Positions 30,805 to 43,238 of a DNA stretch of 64,000 nucleotides are shown here, in pieces. Below the pieces are notes generated by a model. That model was not told where the DNA came from and made no database searches. It saw only the letters and a program-made list of their open reading frames with translations. Both the position numbers and the translations under genes were made by a program. Every line of letters starts with the position of its first letter. Within the stretch, counting starts at the first letter, position 1. The DNA comes from Mycoplasmatota bacterium (lineage in GTDB: Bacteria > Bacillota_I > Bacilli_A > Acholeplasmatales > Acholeplasmataceae), in the NCBI GenBank assembly GCA_024650045.1, contig JANKMU010000004.1, positions 78,379-142,378 on the forward strand. The letters are read 5' to 3'.

Positions 30805-32310
30805 TTGTCAAAAATAAAAGTCCAAGAAATGACTGAAATTATTAAAAAGCAAATTCAGTCATATGAACAGGACGTTAAACTTGAAAATATAGGAAAGGTC
30901 TTAAGCGTTGGTGATGGGATTGCAATCGTTTATGGTCTTCAACAAGCTATGCTTGGAGAACTTTTGGAATTTCCGAAAGATGTCAAAGGGCTTGTTTTTA
31001 ACCTTGAAGAACATCATGTTGGTGTTATTCTTCTTGGACGTAGTGAATTAATTAAAGAAGGCGACTTAGTCAAAACCACCAAACGTATTTTTGAAGTACC
31101 TGTTGGTGAAGAACTATTAGGTAGAGTAGTTAATCCATTAGGAGAACCCTTGGATGCTGGTGGTGCGATTAATGCTAAAAAATATCTTCCAGTTGAACGA
31201 AGAGCACAAGGTGTTATGCAACGTGGTTCAATTAATGCCTCAATGGAAACAGGTATCAAAGTTATTGATGCATTAGTTCCTATTGGACGTGGACAAAGAG
31301 AACTTATTATTGGTGATAGACAAACTGGTAAAACGACTTTAGCAATCGATACGATCATTAATCAAAAAGGTAAAGATACAATTTGTATCTATGTTGCTAT
31401 TGGACAAAAGGAGTCTAGTGTTTCTGCGTTAGCTGAATTATTTAGCCAACATCAAGCTCTAGAATATACCATTATCGTTAGTGCTGGAGCTTCAAAAGAA
31501 GGAACAATGTTATATCTTGCGCCTTTTGCTGGTGTTACGATGGGCGAGTATTTCATGGAACAAGGTAAAGATGTTTTAATTGTCTATGATGATTTATCAA
31601 AACATGCTGTTGCTTACCGTGAGTTATCATTACTACTACGCAGACCACCAGGAAGAGAAGCTTACCCAGGGGATGTTTTCTATCTTCACTCAAGATTACT
31701 TGAACGTTCTGCACGTTTAAGTGATAAATTAGGTGGAGGTTCTATTACAGCACTACCAATTATTGAAACTAAAGCGGGAGATATATCTGCTTATATTTCA
31801 ACAAACGTTATTTCAATTACTGATGGACAAATATTCTTAGAAGCTGAATTATTCTATTCAGGCATTCGTCCTGCAATTAATGCAGGGTTATCTGTATCAC
31901 GTGTCGGTGGTGCAGCACAATGGAAAGCAATGAAAAAAGTTGCTGGTACTATTCGTATTAATTTAGCAAACTACCGAGAACTAGAGTCTTTCGCACAATT
32001 TGGATCTGATCTAGATGCAAGTGCTAAAAAGAGACTTGAACGTGGTCGTAAGACTGTAGAGATACTTAAACAAGATGTTCACGAACTTATTGATATGCCT
32101 ACACAAATTCTAACAGTTTATGCCTTATCAGAAGGACATATGGATGATTTAAATATTGAACAAGTTAAACAACTTGAATCAGAAATTAATCAAGCACTAC
32201 ATATGAATAATCTTGGTAAAAAGATTCACAAACATTTGGTAGAAACCAAAAACTTACCTGATAAAAAAGATTTGGATGACTTTATAACCGGTCTTAAGAG
32301 GTTAGTGTAA
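30805..32310 (+). CDS. atpA: F0F1 ATP synthase subunit alpha
   Basis: Walker A GDRQTGKT, 501 aa. TTG start follows AAGGTGGTG. Confidence 0.97.
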   Translation: MSKIKVQEMTEIIKKQIQSYEQDVKLENIGKVLSVGDGIAIVYGLQQAMLGELLEFPKDVKGLVFNLEEHHVGVILLGRSELIKEGDLVKTTKRIFEVPVGEELLGRVVNPLGEPLDAGGAINAKKYLPVERRAQGVMQRGSINASMETGIKVIDALVPIGRGQRELIIGDRQTGKTTLAIDTIINQKGKDTICIYVAIGQKESSVSALAELFSQHQALEYTIIVSAGASKEGTMLYLAPFAGVTMGEYFMEQGKDVLIVYDDLSKHAVAYRELSLLLRRPPGREAYPGDVFYLHSRLLERSARLSDKLGGGSITALPIIETKAGDISAYISTNVISITDGQIFLEAELFYSGIRPAINAGLSVSRVGGAAQWKAMKKVAGTIRINLANYRELESFAQFGSDLDASAKKRLERGRKTVEILKQDVHELIDMPTQILTVYALSEGHMDDLNIEQVKQLESEINQALHMNNLGKKIHKHLVETKNLPDKKDLDDFITGLKRLV

Positions 32311-33152
32311 TGGGATTAAAGGATATTAAGCTTAGAATGACAGCTATTAATAAAACAGCTGCAATTACTCAAGCAATGCATAATATTGCTTTATCCAAAA
32401 TTAGAAAGTCATCTACACTTTTAGAACACACAAAAACGTTTGTTTCTAAAGTGCATTCCATTTTGGTTTATGCAAATGAAAATACGACTGAAATAAGTCG
32501 CATAACCACAATGAATGATGCTCGCACAAAATTGTATGTTTTAGTAACAAGCGATCGAGGGCTAGCGGGAAGTTATCACAACCAATTATTTAAAGCATTC
32601 TTAGAAGAAACGAAAGATATATCAAAATCAGATTATAAAGTTTTCGTTTTAGGGAAAAAGGGATATTATTTTGCTAAAAAGAAAGATTTACCAATTGTAA
32701 ATGAAGAGATTATTTACAATCGTGATGACATATCAACCATGTTTTATAGACCCTATGCATCATTAATCAAAGATGTCTTTATGTCAGGACATATTGATGA
32801 AGTTATTATTTATCATAACCACTACATCAATACAGCAACACAGGTTGTAAAAAAAGAAACGATTCTTCCTGTCTCAATTGAAAAAAAGACAGTTTATAAA
32901 GAAGAATATATTTATGATGTTGCCCCTGAAGTTGTTTTAGATCAAACAGTTGATATTTATATTGAAAGCAAAATATTCAGTGCAGTTGCTGATGCTAAAC
33001 TTAGTGAACATGCTGCCCGTATGGTTGCTATGAAAAATGCAACTGATAACGCAAATGAAATTGTCGAAAGATTACATACTATGTATCATCGAGCTAGACA
33101 ACAAGAAATAACAAATGAGCTGATTGACGTCGTCAATGGCTCTAGCGTATAG
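32310..33152 (+). CDS. atpG: F0F1 ATP synthase subunit gamma
   Basis: N-terminal IKLRMTAINKTAAITQAM and C-terminal ARQQEITNELIDVVNG motifs. Confidence 0.95.
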   Translation: MGLKDIKLRMTAINKTAAITQAMHNIALSKIRKSSTLLEHTKTFVSKVHSILVYANENTTEISRITTMNDARTKLYVLVTSDRGLAGSYHNQLFKAFLEETKDISKSDYKVFVLGKKGYYFAKKKDLPIVNEEIIYNRDDISTMFYRPYASLIKDVFMSGHIDEVIIYHNHYINTATQVVKKETILPVSIEKKTVYKEEYIYDVAPEVVLDQTVDIYIESKIFSAVADAKLSEHAARMVAMKNATDNANEIVERLHTMYHRARQQEITNELIDVVNGSSV

Positions 33153-34936
<1,784 letters not shown>

Positions 34937-34947
34937 GAGATGATTCT

Positions 34948-35157
34948 ATGGATGAACTTATTTATTTTGTATCTTTAGTTGTGTTCTTTGCAGTTAGTTT
35001 AAGAGTACTTAGAGCACTGCATATCGAGAACAAGTTTGAAAAAATGAAGCTGTGGGAAATTAAAACAGCATACTTTTTAGTTGCTTTGATTGCAGGACAT
35101 ATTTTAGCTGAACTTATGGTTAGAATCTCACAATTATTCACAGGCTATTTGTCATAA
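34948..35157 (+). CDS. Small two-TM membrane protein, YwzB/DUF1146-like
   Basis: 69 aa with two hydrophobic helices, located directly after atpC like B. subtilis ywzB. Confidence 0.5.
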   Translation: MDELIYFVSLVVFFAVSLRVLRALHIENKFEKMKLWEIKTAYFLVALIAGHILAELMVRISQLFTGYLS

Positions 35158-35163
35158 AAAACA

Positions 35164-35190
35164 AACATAGGTATACCCTATGTTTTTTTA
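35164..35190 (+). terminator. Intrinsic terminator closing the atp operon
   Basis: Stem AACATAGG/CCTATGTT with loop TATAC, followed by T7. Confidence 0.85.
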
Positions 35191-35207
35191 TCAAAAGGAG
35201 AAGACAC

Positions 35208-36749
35208 ATGAAAAAAATATCAATTTTAATAATGCTTCTCATGATATCAATTTTTCTGGTTTCATGCGATCAAGAAATATTCACTAGTACTGATTACACA
35301 GAGCAAATAGAAAGTTTAGCTTTAGAAATTGAGCAATTGATTCCAGATACAATCAATGCTGATTTTGATTTGCCAAACTATAATGATTACGATATTGTAT
35401 ATACATTAGGAGATCAGTCATATACCGATGAGTATATTTATAACTCACCGTTTTTTGACGTAGATCAAGAATTCAAGTATCAAATAACACGAGGACAGAC
35501 CTCCCTTGAATTTTCTAAACAAGTTAGGCATTTATCATATGAATCGGGTCACAACTTTAATAAAATATATCTAGATTTGCCGGTAACTATAGAAAACATA
35601 TCCAGAGATATTTACACTCAAGTTGATGTTACTGTCCTAACAACTAAAAACAAAGAAGAAGTTGTTGAACATTCAACATCAGATGCGCAAATACGAGGTA
35701 GAGGCAATTCAACTTGGTTTTCATTCGAGAAAAAACCTTATCGTTTACGTTTTGACAAAAATACTTCAATTCTAGGTATGCCAGAAGCTAAAAATTATGT
35801 TTTGCTTGCTGAATATAGTGATAAATCATTAATGAGAAATACGATTACTCACAAAATGAGTACATTTTTTAATAACATTCCATATCATCTTCAAATAAGA
35901 TATGTGGAATTGTATGTAAATCAAGAATACAGGGGTTTATATGTTCTAACAGAACAAGTTGAAATTCACCCAAATAAATATTATATCGAGTCAACACCGG
36001 GAAGTTTTAATACAGGATACTTTCTAGAGTTGGATTGGAGATTAATGGAATCTGGTACACAACCAGGTTTCGATTGGTTTAGAGTCAGTGAAATCCCATA
36101 TGAGATAAAAGAACCCGATTCTAGTGATCTAGCATATACCACAGCACATGTTACTTATATATCGCAATATCTAAAAGATATAGAAAATGCATTGATTGCT
36201 AAATCTGGATATGAAGAATTAGTTGATATTGATAATTTTATCGAACATTTTATTATTCATGAATTTGTTAAAAATGTCGATGTTGGTTGGAGTAGTATAT
36301 TCATGTCAAAAGAAAAAGATAGTAAATTACTATATCCAATGATTTGGGATTTTGATCTCGCCATTGGAAACGCAGATTATATTGATTATGGTCCAGAAAA
36401 CTTTTACGGATTTGCATCTAATAAAAATCGATTTTTTCATTTGATGATGCAAATACCGGAAGTTCGTTTAAAATTTAGAGAACGATTTAATGATTTCTAT
36501 TTTGATGAGTTACCTATATTGCTCGAAATGATTCCTGTATTGGCAACATCTTTAAGTACGCAAGTTAATGCTAATTTTAGCAAATGGAATATATTGAATC
36601 ATTATGTTTGGCCAAACCCACCAGAGATGCTGGAAGCAAACACTTATGAAAAACAAATTCAATATCTTATGGATTACATGAATGCTCGCGCATCATGGAT
36701 GCTTGAAACTATGTTAACTGAAGATTATGAAAATGGATATTTTGATTAA
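35208..36749 (+). CDS. CotH-family (atypical kinase fold) lipoprotein
   Basis: Lipobox FLVSC. CotH-like motifs KKPYRLRFDK, LMRNTITHKMS, YVELYVNQEYRGLYVLTEQVE and WDFDLAIGN. Confidence 0.65.
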   Translation: MKKISILIMLLMISIFLVSCDQEIFTSTDYTEQIESLALEIEQLIPDTINADFDLPNYNDYDIVYTLGDQSYTDEYIYNSPFFDVDQEFKYQITRGQTSLEFSKQVRHLSYESGHNFNKIYLDLPVTIENISRDIYTQVDVTVLTTKNKEEVVEHSTSDAQIRGRGNSTWFSFEKKPYRLRFDKNTSILGMPEAKNYVLLAEYSDKSLMRNTITHKMSTFFNNIPYHLQIRYVELYVNQEYRGLYVLTEQVEIHPNKYYIESTPGSFNTGYFLELDWRLMESGTQPGFDWFRVSEIPYEIKEPDSSDLAYTTAHVTYISQYLKDIENALIAKSGYEELVDIDNFIEHFIIHEFVKNVDVGWSSIFMSKEKDSKLLYPMIWDFDLAIGNADYIDYGPENFYGFASNKNRFFHLMMQIPEVRLKFRERFNDFYFDELPILLEMIPVLATSLSTQVNANFSKWNILNHYVWPNPPEMLEANTYEKQIQYLMDYMNARASWMLETMLTEDYENGYFD

Positions 36750-36753
36750 AAAA

Positions 36754-36767
36754 AAGCCTTTCGGCTT
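36754..36767. terminator. Short bidirectional hairpin between the CotH gene and yigZ
   Basis: Stem AAGCC/GGCTT with loop TTTC, flanked by A8 on the left. The stem is only 5 bp. Confidence 0.4.
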
Positions 36768-37371
36768 ATTCATCAATATAAAGTATTTGTGGATTTAGTT
36801 TTTTATAACTAAGTAGTTGATATTCAATATCTGAGATAATATCATATTGATCATCTAGAGATACAATTTTATAAGTGACATGTGTTAGAAATTCTTTTTC
36901 TAAGACTGTCGCTTTTTTTTCTAGGTATGAATCCATTTGATTAATTAGATTATAATCAAATGAAATCTCATATGATGGTACCATTTTCTTTTGATAAAAT
37001 TTAGCCTTCTTTAATGCATCAGCTGTTGCTTTTGTATAAGCTCTAACTAAACCACCAGACCCTAATTTAACACCACCAAAATAGCGTATAACAACACAGA
37101 GGATGTTGGTTACATCATGATGCTTTAAAACCTCTAAAATAGGCACACCGGCTGTTCTCGAAGGTTCTCCATCGTCGCTAGCAGTAGCATGCTCTCCTGT
37201 TTGACCAAATAATGAAGCATTACAGTAATGGCTGGCTTTTGGATAAGCTTGTTTAGCCTCATTTAAATATAAAGATATATCCTCTATATTTTGAAGAGGG
37301 TATAAGATAGCGATAAATTTCGATTTATTCATTTCAATTTGATGTGTCGTTTGATCTTTTAAGTAACGCAT
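36766..37371 (-). CDS. yigZ: YigZ/IMPACT-family protein (UPF0029)
   Basis: NKSKFIA..., HYCNASLFG and SDDGEPSRTAGVPILEVL motifs typical of YigZ. Confidence 0.85.
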   Translation of the reverse strand: MRYLKDQTTHQIEMNKSKFIAILYPLQNIEDISLYLNEAKQAYPKASHYCNASLFGQTGEHATASDDGEPSRTAGVPILEVLKHHDVTNILCVVIRYFGGVKLGSGGLVRAYTKATADALKKAKFYQKKMVPSYEISFDYNLINQMDSYLEKKATVLEKEFLTHVTYKIVSLDDQYDIISDIEYQLLSYKKLNPQILYIDE

Positions 37372-37405
37372 AGAATCACCAAGACTAGTATAACATAATT
37401 GAAGT

Positions 37406-37927
37406 TTATTTTTTTAAGTAAGTTAGCATAACAATCTCATCCATTTTCTCTACTTTTTCGAGTTTCAGTTTTGCTTCTATTTCCGACAAAGTAAACAATT
37501 TTTTCCCTTTACCGATAAACTTTGGGATGATTGCTATTTGATATTCATCAATCAAGTTATGCTTAAGAAATGTTTCTATTAAGACACCACCACCAACAAG
37601 CCAGATGTCCTTACCTTCTACTTGTTGAAGATCTTTCAAAAGTGACTCGAGGTTATTTCTAAAAAGTACACGAGAATCTGAATACTGATCTGCTTGTTTA
37701 GTCATAACATAAGATTGATAATCTTTATAGGGCCATTCATTTATATCTTTAAGAACATCATAAGTCACTCTACCCATGATTAATGTATCAATTCGATTTA
37801 TGAAGAGCGAATAAGAGTTTTGTATAGACTCTAAGTTGTCATATTCGTTTAAAAATGAAAACCCATCGTTTTCATCAGCAATGAAACCATCAAGTGTCAT
37901 TGCAATGTATAAAATAATTTTTCTCAC
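37406..37927 (-). CDS. Dihydrofolate-reductase-family protein (RibD C-terminal domain-like)
   Basis: MRKIILYIAMTLDGFIAD N-terminus and WLVGGG motif, 173 aa. Confidence 0.75.
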   Translation of the reverse strand: MRKIILYIAMTLDGFIADENDGFSFLNEYDNLESIQNSYSLFINRIDTLIMGRVTYDVLKDINEWPYKDYQSYVMTKQADQYSDSRVLFRNNLESLLKDLQQVEGKDIWLVGGGVLIETFLKHNLIDEYQIAIIPKFIGKGKKLFTLSEIEAKLKLEKVEKMDEIVMLTYLKK

Positions 37928-38010
37928 TCAATCACCTCAAATTTATCTTATCATTTGGTTTTGAAATCTTTAAGATATACGCACTTAAAGTTTAAAAATA
38001 CATGAACTCT

Positions 38011-38019
38011 TGGTATAAT
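38011..38019 (+). promoter_or_regulatory. Extended -10 promoter (TGGTATAAT) for cca-yhaM
   Basis: Exact TGnTATAAT. It overlaps track start ATG 38018, which argues for the downstream ATG 38036. Confidence 0.55.
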
Positions 38020-38035
38020 GGTTATGGTGAATAAA

Positions 38036-39184
38036 ATGAGCACATTAAACAGCGCAAAAAAAGTAATATACGAACTAAAAAAACAAGGATATGAAGCTTA
38101 TATTGTTGGTGGTGCCGTTAGGGATCATCTTTTAAAGCATCAAACGACAGATATCGATATTACAACAAATGCGAAACCTTATCAAGTATCAAAAATTTTT
38201 AAGACGAAGCCGACTGGTATAAAATATGGTACAGTTACAGTTTTTATGGGTGATGAAACATTTGAAGTAACGACATACCGTATTGATGGAGAGTATTTAG
38301 ATGGAAGACACCCTGATATGGTTGTTTTTGCTGAAACCGTTGAAGAAGATGTAAAAAGAAGAGATTTTACGATAAATGGATTGCTGATGACTGAGCAAAA
38401 TAAGATAATTGATTATGTCAAAGGTCAAGAAGACATACGTATGAAACTAATACGAACAATAGGGAATCCTGAAGACCGGTTTAATGAAGATGCCTTAAGG
38501 ATGATGCGTGCTTTTTATTTTCAAGCAAAATTAGGATTTCAAATAGATCGCAGTACAAGAGATGCAATTGCTGAACTCAAATATAAACTAAAAGATATTG
38601 CTATGGAGAGAATTCTTCAAGAAATCATTAAATTACTAAAAGGAAAATATGCTAAACAAGCAATTCAATCTATGGTAACAACAGGGGTTCATGAAGTCTT
38701 ACCAGGATTGAAAAAAGGAATCTTACATATTCAAAATATGGAAGATATTCCATTTGTTGATGCATTCTTCACTCTATGTTTTACATTAAATGGTTCAATT
38801 CCTGATGAATGGCCATTTTCTAATAAACATAAACATCGATATGAAACAGCTAGTATGTTAGCAAACACATATAAAGAATACGATGCTCAAATACTATACA
38901 CTTATGGATTGGATTTGTGTTTGCTTGCAAATAAGGTCAACTTCATGTTAAATCGATCTAAAAATAATAAATCAAAGATTGAAGAAGATTACAAAAATTT
39001 ACCAATTCAAAGCGACCTAGATTTAAAACTAAGAGCATCAGATATGATTAAGCTTGCTAACAAAAAGGCTGGATCATGGGTAAAAACATTACAAACACAA
39101 ATGGTTCAAGAAATATTGAGTAATAAATTAAAGAATGAAAAAAGTGTACTAGAAGCTTATGTTCTAGAACACGTAAAAGAATAG
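38036..39184 (+). CDS. cca: CCA-adding tRNA nucleotidyltransferase
   Basis: YIVGGAVRDHLL and DIDITT motifs of the class II nucleotidyltransferase head. Start ATG 38036 follows GGTGA. Confidence 0.88.
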   Translation: MSTLNSAKKVIYELKKQGYEAYIVGGAVRDHLLKHQTTDIDITTNAKPYQVSKIFKTKPTGIKYGTVTVFMGDETFEVTTYRIDGEYLDGRHPDMVVFAETVEEDVKRRDFTINGLLMTEQNKIIDYVKGQEDIRMKLIRTIGNPEDRFNEDALRMMRAFYFQAKLGFQIDRSTRDAIAELKYKLKDIAMERILQEIIKLLKGKYAKQAIQSMVTTGVHEVLPGLKKGILHIQNMEDIPFVDAFFTLCFTLNGSIPDEWPFSNKHKHRYETASMLANTYKEYDAQILYTYGLDLCLLANKVNFMLNRSKNNKSKIEEDYKNLPIQSDLDLKLRASDMIKLANKKAGSWVKTLQTQMVQEILSNKLKNEKSVLEAYVLEHVKE

Positions 39185-39193
39185 GAGTATATA

Positions 39194-40120
39194 ATGGAAT
39201 TAAATGTAAATGAAAAATATACCGTAGTAGCAAAAGTTGAAAGTATCAATCACGGTGTTCACTTTTGTAATACAACAGTCTTAACTCAAGAGGGAGAACA
39301 CATTAATCTCAAACTTGAATTTGAACAGCTTGACCAATTAGCAATGGGTAAAGTGTACCAATTTGAAGCTCAAGCAATCGTTAAGATAGAAGATGAATTG
39401 GTTTTAAAATGTACGTCAATTAAACCCGTAGAAGATGCTTTGTCAAATGAAGAACTAGCGCAAGTGTTAGAACATTTTTATGTTTATGCACCAGTGCCCA
39501 TGATGACAATCAAAAAAGGTATAGAATCATATCTAAATAAAATTAACAACAAGATATTAAAAGAAGTTACTAAAAAGATTTATAAACAAAATGAAAAATC
39601 TTTTTATATGCATCCTGCAGCTACCAAATTTCATCATGCGTATGTTGGTGGATTGAGTCATCATACATATACAATGCTTAATATGATTGATCCTTTTATA
39701 AAAATATACCCATATTTGAACGCTGATTTATTATATGCAGGAACCATTTTGCATGATATGTCAAAAATTGATGAAATCAGCGGGGTAGATGGAGAATATA
39801 CTAAAGAAGGTTTGTTAGTAGGACATTTAGTGATGCAAACTGTTGATATCGATCATGCAGCCCATGAGTTAGGTTATGAAAACTCAGAAGAAGTTTTAAT
39901 GTTAAAACATATGATAATATCACATCATGGACTTTTCAATTTTGGATCACCCAAAAAACCACAGACTGGTGAAGCATTATTACTTTGGTATATGGATACG
40001 ATTGATTCAAAGCTTACCGTATTAGGTGAAACACTTAAAGATACAGCAGATGGTTCATTTACATCGATGATATCAGTGTTAGATAAAATGCGTTTTTATA
40101 AACACTCAATTAAAAAATAA
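39194..40120 (+). CDS. yhaM: 3'-5' exoribonuclease YhaM-like (OB-fold + HD domain)
   Basis: N-terminal OB-like segment and an HD domain (HHAYVGGLSHH ... LHDMSK ... SHHG), 308 aa. Confidence 0.75.
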   Translation: MELNVNEKYTVVAKVESINHGVHFCNTTVLTQEGEHINLKLEFEQLDQLAMGKVYQFEAQAIVKIEDELVLKCTSIKPVEDALSNEELAQVLEHFYVYAPVPMMTIKKGIESYLNKINNKILKEVTKKIYKQNEKSFYMHPAATKFHHAYVGGLSHHTYTMLNMIDPFIKIYPYLNADLLYAGTILHDMSKIDEISGVDGEYTKEGLLVGHLVMQTVDIDHAAHELGYENSEEVLMLKHMIISHHGLFNFGSPKKPQTGEALLLWYMDTIDSKLTVLGETLKDTADGSFTSMISVLDKMRFYKHSIKK

Positions 40121-40136
40121 CATCAAAATCAAAAAA

Positions 40137-40166
40137 AAGAGGTTACTCATTCGAGTAGCCTCTTTT
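40137..40166. terminator. Bidirectional intrinsic terminator between yhaM and the large lipoprotein gene
   Basis: 12-bp stem AAGAGGTTACTC/GAGTAGCCTCTT (one G-U pair), with A-run and T-run flanks. Confidence 0.85.
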
Positions 40167-40181
40167 ATCGTTTTTATTGGA

Positions 40182-43124
40182 TTATAATCCACTTTCCAAA
40201 ATTGTAAACCATGAACCATATAAGTCATCATAGTTTTGATCATAAACACCAATTGTTGATAATAGATACTCATTCATTTGACGTCTATTGATTTCTCTTA
40301 CAACTTCATATCTAGCTTCGCCTTGAGTATTTCCCCAAGTTGCATCTTCTAATAATTTGAAGATTAATTCACGTTGCATGTATGTATTGTTGTAGCGAGT
40401 TAATACTGGAGTTAAGTAATTGTTAACTGCTGTTTGTACTACTGAAGGTAATACAACACCTTCATCAGTTTTTTGTTCTTTTAAATAGAACTCGATTTGT
40501 GAAGCAGTCAATGTATCTGAATCTTCATTATATACATTTAGTGTTTCATCAGCAGAAACGTATTTACCATCTTCATCTTCATCAGCACTAAAGATTGCGC
40601 TTGTTGTCTTTCTTACATTAGTAGCAAGAATTAAATGCCAACCGAATGATGACTTAACTTCATCTAATGCACTTTCAGTAATAACTGTTCCATATAAATC
40701 AAGGTATGGGAATTTAGATGCATCGTCTTCAATTTCTGCAAGTTGTGCATGAAGTTCCATTGCACGATCGTAGAAGACAGGATCTAATACTGTTTGGCCA
40801 GTGATTTTGTTAGAAGTATTTGTAATAGCAGAAGAGATGTTTTCAAACTTTAAGTAGAAACCTAATTGACGGTATTCAGCCCATAACAATTCGATTTGAT
40901 AATCAAATGGTGGGGTTACACTACCACGTTCAATACGTCCTGAGTTATTAAACTCTGTTGCCATTGCAGATAAACCTTCAGTAAATCCTCTATAGTCTCC
41001 AACCTTGTTATAAATTAATTCAACTAAATCAACGAGTCCATCAAGAACTTGTTGAGCACCAACCTCACCTAAACTTTCAAGATATTCAGTTGGATTATCA
41101 GGCGTACCATCGCCATTTTTATCGAAATAAACGAGTAAGTGACTAACTGTTATTGATTTGAAGTTATTATATTGTAGTTCTGCTAAGTCAGCTAGTTTTT
41201 CATAAATTGTGTAATCTTCAGTTCCGAAGTGTCCTTCGATATCTTCAAGATATTGTTCTCTTAATGCTGGGTAAACGTATAATTGATTTACAGCTTCAGT
41301 GTTTGTTCTTGCACCAAATGCAGTTAATAAGAATTTTTCTCTACCCATACTTGCGGGGAATCCAGAAGTTTCAAAGTTATTTGCAGAAAATTGACTAATT
41401 ATATCTTCAAATTGACTCTTATAATCTTCAAATTCTTCATCTGTAACTGCGTAGTCTTCATTAGCCATTAAGATTTTGTTAGATGCGATATCTAACGCTA
41501 AGTTGATACCATAAGATCTTTCAAGACGTTGATAGAATTCATCAACAGTAATCTCTGCATCTGAGATATCAGCAACAACATCACCAGTCTTAGTATTAGT
41601 TGTTCCTTCATATCCAAATGATTGTTCATAGAATATACGAATAACTGAGTCGTAAATATTTAAATTTAAATCTTCGTATAATTCATTTATTTTTGTTGAA
41701 ATATAGTTGTTGTTCAATTTACCATTGAAGATTCTTTCATATATTTCAGCTTTGATATCCAATGCTTCCTTTGAATCACCAAATATTTGAACATTTTCAT
41801 TTTGTGGATCATCGACAAGGATTCCATCTTCAGAATCACTGTCATCATCTAGTTTGAATACTAAATAACGTGATGAACCAAATGTTTGAACGCGTGCTGA
41901 ATATGGTTTACCTTCAGTTACATCTTCAGGATCATCCATTTGTGCTTCAGCAGTTAATGTTGTGTAAATATGAATTCTTAAACTTGAATTTTGTGTGTTT
42001 AAATCATCATAAGTAATTGTTGAGTTAAAAGTTGAACCACCAACGCCGACGATGTCTCCATCAACATTAATTTCAACTTGAGAAGCAGGGTTTAACATAT
42101 TATAGATATTGACAAATTCTGCTTTAACTTGTGCTGTTGTTAAAGCTTCATCAGCTAAACCTGTATCTCTACTAGTGCTAATTGAGTATTGTTTGTAGTA
42201 GTTTTCATAATCAGCTACAGTGATTTGATCACGATCTTCAAAGTCATTTCCCAATTTACCTAAAATATTCAAATTTTCTAAAATAGATTTAACATGTCCA
42301 TAACCTGTTTGGCTTAAGTCATTCAAATCTATGTAACCAGGGTTACCTGGTAAAATTCTTATATCAGGAATTTTATACCAAAGACCTCTAGAGTCTGATT
42401 TAATACTTGCTTGATATAATGCAGCGTTTGCTTCGTTTAAGTTAATAAAACGAACAACTAATGCATTAACATCATAACGACCTTGCATTGAGTTTTTATA
42501 AGAATTGACAAGATCAGCTTCTTTAATGTAATTTGCATGATCTTCATCAATAACTTCTTCTTCAAGAATTTGTTGTGCATAGTATCTTTGAGTTACTCTT
42601 AATCCATAGCGTTCTACTAAAACAGGAATGCTAGAATAACCTTCATAAATACCAGACAAACCTTGAATGCTATTAATTACTGCTGCAATTTCTATGCTGT
42701 TATCCAATAGGTATAATGAATCTGCAAACTGCTCAATATTTCTAACCCATCTTTCAGGATTTTCGTTGTACATTTTTTCGAGAGACTCTAAATCTGTACC
42801 TCCATGAATGGCGTTATTGATTGTTTCATCTAAATATTTGTTTAGATCTTCATCTCCACTTGCTAGTAAGCCTTTTACAGTTACTAACTCTTCAGCAAAG
42901 ATTTTTTCATCTACCATAGTTGCTAAAACAGAAGCACCTTGCAAACGTAATTGATCATATAATTCTTTTTCCGTTACTACGATATCTCCGATGGTTAAAT
43001 ATGGGTCATCAGAAATACTTCCATAAGGGGTTTTTTCACCGCTCTTGCAAGCAGCCAGTGTAAGTAAACCTGTCAATATTAGCACAAATATGGCAAGTTT
43101 TCTTAAATTTCTTAGTTGATTCAT
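40182..43124 (-). CDS. 980-aa surface lipoprotein with SurA-N-like start and a split parvulin-like PPIase domain (giant PrsA-like foldase)
   Basis: Lipobox LTLAAC. N-terminal chaperone-like segment (TIGDIVVTEKELYDQLRLQGASVLATMVDEKIF). Parvulin signature pieces ITVSHLLVYF ... SSFGWHLILATN lie about 170 aa apart. Confidence 0.5.
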   Translation of the reverse strand: MNQLRNLRKLAIFVLILTGLLTLAACKSGEKTPYGSISDDPYLTIGDIVVTEKELYDQLRLQGASVLATMVDEKIFAEELVTVKGLLASGDEDLNKYLDETINNAIHGGTDLESLEKMYNENPERWVRNIEQFADSLYLLDNSIEIAAVINSIQGLSGIYEGYSSIPVLVERYGLRVTQRYYAQQILEEEVIDEDHANYIKEADLVNSYKNSMQGRYDVNALVVRFINLNEANAALYQASIKSDSRGLWYKIPDIRILPGNPGYIDLNDLSQTGYGHVKSILENLNILGKLGNDFEDRDQITVADYENYYKQYSISTSRDTGLADEALTTAQVKAEFVNIYNMLNPASQVEINVDGDIVGVGGSTFNSTITYDDLNTQNSSLRIHIYTTLTAEAQMDDPEDVTEGKPYSARVQTFGSSRYLVFKLDDDSDSEDGILVDDPQNENVQIFGDSKEALDIKAEIYERIFNGKLNNNYISTKINELYEDLNLNIYDSVIRIFYEQSFGYEGTTNTKTGDVVADISDAEITVDEFYQRLERSYGINLALDIASNKILMANEDYAVTDEEFEDYKSQFEDIISQFSANNFETSGFPASMGREKFLLTAFGARTNTEAVNQLYVYPALREQYLEDIEGHFGTEDYTIYEKLADLAELQYNNFKSITVSHLLVYFDKNGDGTPDNPTEYLESLGEVGAQQVLDGLVDLVELIYNKVGDYRGFTEGLSAMATEFNNSGRIERGSVTPPFDYQIELLWAEYRQLGFYLKFENISSAITNTSNKITGQTVLDPVFYDRAMELHAQLAEIEDDASKFPYLDLYGTVITESALDEVKSSFGWHLILATNVRKTTSAIFSADEDEDGKYVSADETLNVYNEDSDTLTASQIEFYLKEQKTDEGVVLPSVVQTAVNNYLTPVLTRYNNTYMQRELIFKLLEDATWGNTQGEARYEVVREINRRQMNEYLLSTIGVYDQNYDDLYGSWFTILESGL

Positions 43125-43238
43125 AGTGTGTTCACTCCTTCAATGTATTTCATACAAGCAAATATAATATAGCATTTTTTAGGGGGTAATGCAACCACTT
43201 TCATTTTATTTGTTAATCTCACATATTTTTATGTTATC

